A DNA stretch of 63,962 nt, filler included, from an uncultured bacterium (GTDB lineage: Bacteria; CAYSBA01): NCBI GenBank assembly GCA_964429075.1. It is 6 parts of 6 records of this genome, joined end to end, with 100 filler letters (N's around TTAATTAATTAA, not from the genome) between each part and the next. Parts side by side here need not be neighbours in the genome. Positions count along the whole stretch, not along the records: positions 54,056 to 63,962 come from CAYSBA010000026.1; 5 more parts are not named here. One strand, 5' to 3'. Numbering within the stretch: position 1 is the first letter of the stretch; the number at the start of each line of letters is the position of its first letter. The notes under the pieces were generated by a model, which had not been told where the DNA came from, made no database searches, and saw nothing but the letters and a program-made list of their open reading frames with translations. The position numbers were made by a program, and so were the translations under genes. Below, piece after piece: positions 57,664 to 63,962 of the stretch.

Positions 57664-59040
57664 ATGATGGTCAAAAAGAGAAAAAAAGATTTAATAGAAC
57701 TGGATAAAAGATACATCTGGCATCCCTTTACACAGATGAAGGAATGGCTATCCTCTTCACCAACAGTTATTGAAAGGGCTGAAGGTGTATACCTCTACGA
57801 TATAGAAGGAAATAAGTATATAGACGGCACATCCTCCATCTGGGTCTGTGCTTGTGGGCATAACCATCCTGAAATAAATTCAGCCATAGAGAGACAGTTA
57901 CATATGGTTGCGCATACCACACTGCTTGGGCTTTCTAATGTACCATCAATTGAACTGGCAGAAAGACTTATTAAAATTAGCCCCAAAAATCTTACAAAGG
58001 TCTTTTTTTCTGACAACGGCTCCACTGCAGTAGAGATTGCACTAAAGATTGCCTACCACTATTTTAGAAATTTAGGGGCAAAAGGTGACGAGAGAAGTCT
58101 TTTTGTACATTTCACAAACAGCTATCATGGGGATACCATTGGCTCTGTAAGTGTGGGAGGTATTGACCTCTTCCATTCAACCTATAAACATATGGTATTT
58201 AAGACGATCAATGTGCCCTACCCCTACATCTACAGAAGACCAGATGGAATGACTGAAGATGAATATATCAGTCAATGTAAAAACAGCTTTGTTGAGACCC
58301 TGGACAGGTTTGGCAAAAAGATATGTGCTGTAATTGTTGAACCCGGGATGCAGGGTGCTGCCGGGATGATAAAGATGCCTGAAGGCTTTTTATCATTCAT
58401 CAGAAATAAAACAAAAGAAAGAGGGATCCTTCTTATCTTAGATGAGGTTGCAACAGGGTTCATGCGAACCGGCAAGATGTTTGCCTGCCAGTATGAAGAT
58501 GTTGAGCCAGATCTTATGGCTGTTGCCAAGGCTATATCTGGGGGATATCTACCTGTTGCAGCAACCCTGACAACACAAAAGATCTTTGATGCATTCCTCG
58601 GTGAGGTATATGAGGCAAAGCACTTTTTCCATGGTCATACCTATACAGGTAACCCCCTTGGTTGTGCAGCCTCCTGTGCTGCCATAGACATCCTTACAAG
58701 AAGAGATTCGGTACAAAAGATAAAAGAGAATATAGAAGAATTTCAATCTGGTCTTGCAAGATTAGAAAAACTTAAAATCGTAGGAGATGTGAGACAGCTT
58801 GGCCTTATGGCCGGGATAGAATTAGTAAAAAACAAAGATACAAAAGAGCCCTTTGATCAAAAACTTATGGTAGCAAAAAAAGTTGCACAAATTGCAAAAG
58901 AAAATGGCCTAATAATAAGACCCATTGGAGATGTAATTATACTGATGCCAATCCTTCTATCACCAAGGCATATTATAAAAGAGATTGTAGATATTGTTGA
59001 GACTGCTATTGAGGATGTTACAAGACAACTACAGTATTGA
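57664..59040 (+). CDS. bioA: Adenosylmethionine--8-amino-7-oxononanoate aminotransferase
   Basis: IWHPFTQM, SDNGSTAVEIALK, YHGDT, DEVATGF.RTG, HGHTYTGNP. Confidence 0.93.
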   Translation: MMVKKRKKDLIELDKRYIWHPFTQMKEWLSSSPTVIERAEGVYLYDIEGNKYIDGTSSIWVCACGHNHPEINSAIERQLHMVAHTTLLGLSNVPSIELAERLIKISPKNLTKVFFSDNGSTAVEIALKIAYHYFRNLGAKGDERSLFVHFTNSYHGDTIGSVSVGGIDLFHSTYKHMVFKTINVPYPYIYRRPDGMTEDEYISQCKNSFVETLDRFGKKICAVIVEPGMQGAAGMIKMPEGFLSFIRNKTKERGILLILDEVATGFMRTGKMFACQYEDVEPDLMAVAKAISGGYLPVAATLTTQKIFDAFLGEVYEAKHFFHGHTYTGNPLGCAASCAAIDILTRRDSVQKIKENIEEFQSGLARLEKLKIVGDVRQLGLMAGIELVKNKDTKEPFDQKLMVAKKVAQIAKENGLIIRPIGDVIILMPILLSPRHIIKEIVDIVETAIEDVTRQLQY

Positions 59041-59848
59041 AGAAATAGAACCACGTTTCAAGCTTGCTGTTGGGCTTGCGATAGAGGGGGGAAAGATGGC
59101 CTTATCTGCCATAACAAAGGGGATAACAATACACCAAAAAGGCAGAATCGATCCGGTCACATCGGCAGACAAAGAAATAGAGAACTTTATTGTTGAAAAT
59201 ATAAAAAAACATTTCAGGGATGACAGGATAATTGCAGAAGAGCAGCATATAAAAAACCTTCGTGATCTCCTTACATGGGTGATAGACCCCATTGATGGAA
59301 CTGTAAACTATTCTCATGGATATCCCCATTTTTGTACCTCAATATCTCTCATTCAAAATACAAAAACAGTTGCATGCGCAGTATTCGATCCTGTAAAACA
59401 GGAGTTGTTTACTGCCAAAAAGGGTGGCGGTGCCTTTCTCAACGGTAACAAAATAAAAGTATCCAAAAATGCAAACCCAACAAGATCACTTCTGGCAACA
59501 GGTTTTCCATACGATATGGAGAATCCTTTAAATGACAACACACGAGAATTTATTCATTTTATTCGAAACTTTGAAGGCGTAAGGACAAACGGTAGTGCAG
59601 TTCTTGATTTATGTTATGTTGCCTGTGGCAGGTTAGATGGCTATTGGGAAAGTGGATTAAAGATCTGGGATGTATCTGCCGGCACCCTTCTTGTCGAGGA
59701 GGCAGGTGGTAAGGTAACAGATTTTGAAGGTAACAGTTATGTCCTTGAACTTCTTGCAAGGCCTATTGTGGCCAGCAATGGAAAATTACACAAATTTATG
59801 TTACAACTCCTTAAATTTGCAGAGGAGATGCAATGCATCCTGTCTTAA
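59015..59848 (+). CDS. suhB: Inositol monophosphatase family protein
   Basis: AEE, WVIDPIDGTVNY, GSAVLDLCYVACG, WDVSAG; start uncertain. Confidence 0.88.
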   Translation: MLQDNYSIEEIEPRFKLAVGLAIEGGKMALSAITKGITIHQKGRIDPVTSADKEIENFIVENIKKHFRDDRIIAEEQHIKNLRDLLTWVIDPIDGTVNYSHGYPHFCTSISLIQNTKTVACAVFDPVKQELFTAKKGGGAFLNGNKIKVSKNANPTRSLLATGFPYDMENPLNDNTREFIHFIRNFEGVRTNGSAVLDLCYVACGRLDGYWESGLKIWDVSAGTLLVEEAGGKVTDFEGNSYVLELLARPIVASNGKLHKFMLQLLKFAEEMQCILS

Positions 59849-60675
59849 TTAGATTTACAGACACATTAAAAATCCACACATATGGTGTTTGTGTTGCTAC
59901 AGGCTTCTTTGTTGCTATTTTACTTGCAGCAAGGCAGGCAAAGAGGGAGTGTAAAGACCCAGACCTTGTTATGGATATGGCATTCTGGATAATTATCGTC
60001 TCATTGATCACCTCAAGGATTCTATTTATTATCGTAAACTTAGAAACATATCTTCAGAATCCAATCGATATTCTCAAATTCTGGAAGGGAGGAGTGGTCT
60101 GGTATGGTGGATTTATTGGTGGTCTTGCAACGGTTATCTACTACACAAAAAAAAGGGGTGTAAAATTCTGGCCCTATGCTGACATCCTTGCACCATCTGT
60201 ATCGATCGGTCATGCCTTTGGTAGATTTGGCTGTTTCTTTGCAGGATGTTGTTATGGCAAACCTGCCCATATTCCCTGGGCAGCTCAATTTCCACTAAAC
60301 AGTATGGTTCACAGTACACAGGTACAGCTTGGTATGGTAGCTGCATCAAGCCCCCCCCTTCCTGTCCATCCTACACAACTATACGAAGCCTTCCTTGAAA
60401 TGTGCATCTTTACTTTTCTTATATTCTACAGAAGACACAAGAAATTCCATGGTGAGCTAATTCTATGGTATATGATACTCTATTCAATTGTTAGATCGGT
60501 TGTAGAACTCTTTAGAGGAGATTTTGAAAGGGGGATGATCTTCAGGATAGATCTTTTTAAGTCAATTCCCGGGCCCGAGATCCTCTCCACAAGCCAGACG
60601 ATTGCAATAGGTATTATTGCAGCAGCACTTTTTATCATAATAAATATGAGGAAAAGGGAGGTTGTAAATGATTGA
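59833..60675 (+). CDS. lgt: Prolipoprotein diacylglyceryl transferase
   Basis: YG, GG..YGG, GRFGCF..GCCYG, HPTQLYE, E.FR. Confidence 0.93.
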   Translation: MHPVLIRFTDTLKIHTYGVCVATGFFVAILLAARQAKRECKDPDLVMDMAFWIIIVSLITSRILFIIVNLETYLQNPIDILKFWKGGVVWYGGFIGGLATVIYYTKKRGVKFWPYADILAPSVSIGHAFGRFGCFFAGCCYGKPAHIPWAAQFPLNSMVHSTQVQLGMVAASSPPLPVHPTQLYEAFLEMCIFTFLIFYRRHKKFHGELILWYMILYSIVRSVVELFRGDFERGMIFRIDLFKSIPGPEILSTSQTIAIGIIAAALFIIINMRKREVVND

Positions 60676-61819
60676 ACCACATGGTGGAAGGCTTGTTGAT
60701 CAGACAGTACCAGAACAACAGCAAAAGGATTTTTTAAAAAGATTAAAAGAAAAGCGATATATCATTATCGATAACAAGACCAAGAGTGATCTTATTATGA
60801 TTGGCACAGGTCTTATGAGTCCTCTTTGTGGATTTATGACCCGAAAAGACTACGAAAGGGTAATCCACGAGATGCGTCTTTCTAATGGTGTAATCTTTCC
60901 AATACCCATAACCCTTGCAGTAGAAAGTTACGATGGATTAAAGGAAGGCGATGAGGTTGCATTGAGAGATCAGAACAATAACATTGTAGGCTCAATAGAT
61001 ATTGAAGATATATACGAATATGACCCAATAGTGGAGGCCAAAGAGGTTTTTGGTACTGATGATGAAAATCATCCTGGAGTCCAGATTACGCTTTCAAGAC
61101 CTAAGTATTATGTGGGCGGTAAAATTTGGTTAATCCATAAACCAGAGGAGTATGGTTTTGTTCAATACTACAGGACGCCACAGCAAACACGCACCCTTTT
61201 TCAAAAAATGGGATGGCAAACAATATGTGCCTTCCAGACGAGAAATCCCATCCACAGGGCACATGAATATCTACAAAAGGTTGCCCTTGAGATAACAGAT
61301 GGGCTATTTATAAATCCTCTTGTTGGTGACACCAAAAAGGGTGACATCCCTGCTGATATCAGGATGAAATGTTATCTTGTGTTGCTTGAAAACTACTATC
61401 CAAAAGAGAGGGTTGTTCTCTCAATTTTCCCTGCATATATGCGCTATGCAGGGCCTAAGGAGGCTATATTTCATGCAATCTGTAGAAAAAACTACGGTTG
61501 TACACACTTTATTGTGGGGCGAGATCATGCTGGAGTGGGGAATTACTATGGAACTTACGATGCTCAAAAGATATTTGATAACTTTGATGAAAATGAGATA
61601 GGTATTGAGATTCTGAAGTTTGAACACGCATTTTTCTGTAAAAGATGTAACTCTATGGCAACAGCAAAGACATGCCCACACCCTGATCAAGATCACATCT
61701 TTTTGAGCGGGACCAAGGTAAGAAAGATGCTTTCAGAAGGGAAACGTCCACCCCTTGAATTTACAAGAAAGGAGGTGGCAGACATCTTGATTGAATATTA
61801 TAATAACAGTGGAATATGA
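60668..61819 (+). CDS. sat: Sulfate adenylyltransferase (ATP sulfurylase)
   Basis: PHGG, AFQTRNPIHRAHE, MRYAGP.EA, IVGRDHAGVG, SGTKVR. Confidence 0.96.
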   Translation: MIEPHGGRLVDQTVPEQQQKDFLKRLKEKRYIIIDNKTKSDLIMIGTGLMSPLCGFMTRKDYERVIHEMRLSNGVIFPIPITLAVESYDGLKEGDEVALRDQNNNIVGSIDIEDIYEYDPIVEAKEVFGTDDENHPGVQITLSRPKYYVGGKIWLIHKPEEYGFVQYYRTPQQTRTLFQKMGWQTICAFQTRNPIHRAHEYLQKVALEITDGLFINPLVGDTKKGDIPADIRMKCYLVLLENYYPKERVVLSIFPAYMRYAGPKEAIFHAICRKNYGCTHFIVGRDHAGVGNYYGTYDAQKIFDNFDENEIGIEILKFEHAFFCKRCNSMATAKTCPHPDQDHIFLSGTKVRKMLSEGKRPPLEFTRKEVADILIEYYNNSGI

Positions 61820-63153
61820 AGAGAGTATTAATTATAGGCCTCGATTGTGCTGAACCAGATCTTGTCTTCAATAGATTTAAAAACTCCCTGCCCAATCTAT
61901 CAAGACTGATGGAACAGGGAGACTACGGGAAACTCAACAGCACTATCCCTGCTATCACAATACCTGCATGGAGCTCAATGTTCAGCGGGAAAGACCCTGG
62001 AGAGCTCGGCTTTTACGGTTTTAGAAACAGAAAGGCCTACGACTATTCAGAGCTTGTAATCGTAAATTCAAGAAATGTCAGGGTTCCCAGACTTTGGGAT
62101 CTTCTGGGATATATTGGGAAAAAGAGTATAATCGTAGGTATCCCCCAGACTTTTCCCCCAAAGGAGATAAACGGACTCATGGTTACCTGTTTCCTCACAC
62201 CCTCTAAGGATAAACCCTATACCTACCCTGCAAACCTCAAATACGAGGTCGAACAGGTTGCACCGGAGTATGAATTCGATGTCAAAGGATTCAGAACAGA
62301 AAACAAAGACTGGCTACTTTCAGCAATTTATAATATGACAGAACAGCGTTTTAAATTAGTAAAGCATCTCCTTTCAAAAAAGTACTGGGACCTCTTTGCC
62401 TTTGTAGAGATGGGAACTGACAGACTCCATCATGGTTTCTGGAAATTTATGGACAAGGACCATCCCCTCTATCCAGGTGATAACAATCCTTACAGGGATA
62501 CCATTGAGGAATACTATAACTTTATTGATAGGCAGATTGGTGAAATCTTAAACCTTCTGCCCTCTGATACCGAAATCTTTGTTGTATCTGATCATGGTGC
62601 AAAGGGAATGATGGGAGGCTTTGCCTTCAATGACTGGTTGATTCAAAAGGGCTATCTCGTCTTAAAAGAAAGACCTGCTTCCCCTCAAAGATTAACAAAC
62701 GATATGATCAATTGGGAAAAGACAAAGGTGTGGGGATCTGGAGGTTACTATGCAAGGGTCTTTTTAAATGTAAGAGGTAGGGAACCACATGGAACAATCC
62801 CCGCTGATAAAAAAGAAGATTTTTTAAAAGAACTCAAAAAAGAGCTTGAAGATATAAAAGGGCCAGATAACAGCAGCCTTCAAAACAGGGTATTTGATCC
62901 AAGAGAGATTTATCGTGAAACAAGAGGAATCCCACCAGATCTTATCGTCTATCTTGGAGACCTTTCCTGGCGTTCTATCGGTACTGTTGGAAATGAACGA
63001 TTGTTTCATTATGAAAATGACACAGGACCTGACGATGCAAACCATGCACAAGAGGGTATATATATTACTGGGAATAAAGGTATACTTGGCAAGGATGGAC
63101 AGGCGGATATAAAGGATATATTTTATACAATTATGAAGATCTTTAAAAGTTAA
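61816..63153 (+). CDS. Alkaline phosphatase superfamily protein (type I phosphodiesterase / nucleotide pyrophosphatase-like)
   Basis: IIGLDCA, STIPAITIPAW, TDRLHHGFW, VVSDHG, DDANH. Confidence 0.9.
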   Translation: MKRVLIIGLDCAEPDLVFNRFKNSLPNLSRLMEQGDYGKLNSTIPAITIPAWSSMFSGKDPGELGFYGFRNRKAYDYSELVIVNSRNVRVPRLWDLLGYIGKKSIIVGIPQTFPPKEINGLMVTCFLTPSKDKPYTYPANLKYEVEQVAPEYEFDVKGFRTENKDWLLSAIYNMTEQRFKLVKHLLSKKYWDLFAFVEMGTDRLHHGFWKFMDKDHPLYPGDNNPYRDTIEEYYNFIDRQIGEILNLLPSDTEIFVVSDHGAKGMMGGFAFNDWLIQKGYLVLKERPASPQRLTNDMINWEKTKVWGSGGYYARVFLNVRGREPHGTIPADKKEDFLKELKKELEDIKGPDNSSLQNRVFDPREIYRETRGIPPDLIVYLGDLSWRSIGTVGNERLFHYENDTGPDDANHAQEGIYITGNKGILGKDGQADIKDIFYTIMKIFKS

Positions 63154-63178
63154 AAACAACAACTCAAGTGAGGTAAGT

Positions 63179-63796
63179 ATGATGAAAAGAGGATTTACAC
63201 TTTGGTTTACAGGTCTTTCAGGTTCCGGCAAGACAACCCTGAGCAGGAGTGTTGCAGAAATACTAATTGGGAGAGGTTATCCTGTTGAACGTCTCGATGG
63301 GGATGAGGTAAGGCGGAACTTGACCTCAGACCTTGGTTTTACAAGAGAAGATAGGTTTGAGAACATCAAACGAATCACCTATGTGGCAAAGCTACTTTCA
63401 CGAAACGGAGTGGCAACGCTTGTTGCAGCAATTACACCCTACAGAGAGATGAGAGAGAAGGCAAGGAAGGAGATTGATGATTATGTGGAAGTATATGTAA
63501 AATGCCCTTTGGAGGTCTGCGAAGAAAGAGACGTAAAGGGTCTTTACAAAAAAGCGCGAGAGGGCATAATCAAACAATTCACAGGCATCGATGATCCTTA
63601 TGACGAACCAGAAAATCCTGAAATAGTGGTAGATACAAGTGTTGAAGACGAAAAAAGCTGTGTAAAAAAGATCATAGATACCCTACATAAACTCGGTTAT
63701 CTTGAAAAAGGATGGATTGAAGGCGAACTTGATGGCTATTCACAGGAAGAAAAGGAGATGATATCAAAGCGACTTGAAGAGCTCGGTTATCTGTAA
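63179..63796 (+). CDS. cysC: Adenylyl-sulfate (APS) kinase
   Basis: WFTGLSGSGKTT, LDGDEVR, RDVKGLY, FTGIDDPY. Confidence 0.96.
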   Translation: MMKRGFTLWFTGLSGSGKTTLSRSVAEILIGRGYPVERLDGDEVRRNLTSDLGFTREDRFENIKRITYVAKLLSRNGVATLVAAITPYREMREKARKEIDDYVEVYVKCPLEVCEERDVKGLYKKAREGIIKQFTGIDDPYDEPENPEIVVDTSVEDEKSCVKKIIDTLHKLGYLEKGWIEGELDGYSQEEKEMISKRLEELGYL

Positions 63797-63799
63797 TAA

Positions 63800-63962
63800 A
63801 TGCTGATCAAGATTAAAAACAGGCTCTTTAACAGACTCGGAAGGGCCTTTTTATTTGGCCTGGATGGAGTTCCTTACAATACGCTGAAAGAGCTTATTAA
63901 TCAGGGGCATCTTCCACATTTCAAATATCTACTTGAAAACGGGACCCTTCTTAAATCTAAGG
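63800..63962 (+). CDS. Second alkaline phosphatase superfamily protein (runs off the window)
   Basis: Manual translation gives MLIKIKNRLFNRLGRAFLFGLDGVPYNTLKELINQGHLPHFKYLLENG, with the GLDG...LP.F..L...G N-terminal signature. Confidence 0.8.
   Translation, partial: MLIKIKNRLFNRLGRAFLFGLDGVPYNTLKELINQGHLPHFKYLLENGTLLKSK

Noticed and set aside
60668-61819. sat as a marker of dissimilatory sulfate reduction
   Set aside because: It is linked to cysC rather than aprAB/qmo; nothing in the window supports sulfate respiration
1-63962. CRISPR arrays, tRNA/rRNA genes, IS elements, prophage
   Set aside because: No regularly spaced repeats, cloverleaf or rRNA signatures, or transposase, integrase or phage genes were recognised by eye; a short RNA could still be missed without a covariance-model scan

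Overview
This window is not one contiguous locus. It holds six ~10-11 kb contigs of a draft or metagenome-assembled bacterial genome, joined by artificial 100-nt N-TTAATTAATTAA-N spacers at 11089, 22143, 32849, 43500 and 53956. The complete contigs decrease in length, so adjacency across spacers has no meaning. The genome is AT-rich and compact and looks deltaproteobacterial (Myxococcota/Desulfobacterota-like), judging by DUF4911, the rpoZ and lgt style, a MYXO-CTERM-like tail and a zinc-ribbon/TPR protein. Most content is housekeeping: hisS, rpoZ, dtd, epmA, nuoABCDG, a separate nuoI, gdh, mfd, lysC, thyX, amiC, mutS, the dcw cluster, rplU/rpmA, bioA and lgt. The most interesting elements are: (1) a lexA / 79-aa ORF / Y-family polymerase cassette, where the polymerase carries clamp-binding and RecA-NT-like motifs and a perfect 20-bp palindrome (candidate new SOS box) sits upstream; (2) a candidate ~75-nt sRNA with C-rich anti-Shine-Dalgarno motifs between dtd and nuoG; (3) epmA, apparently starting at a non-canonical ACG/ATT codon inside dtd; (4) a sat / AlkP / cysC / AlkP cluster suggesting an uncharacterised PAPS-linked pathway; (5) a TetR / RND (large insertion) / LolA-like / beta-barrel trans-envelope system. 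No rRNA, tRNA, CRISPR array or intact mobile element was recognised. All calls come from reading motifs by eye; no database searches were run.
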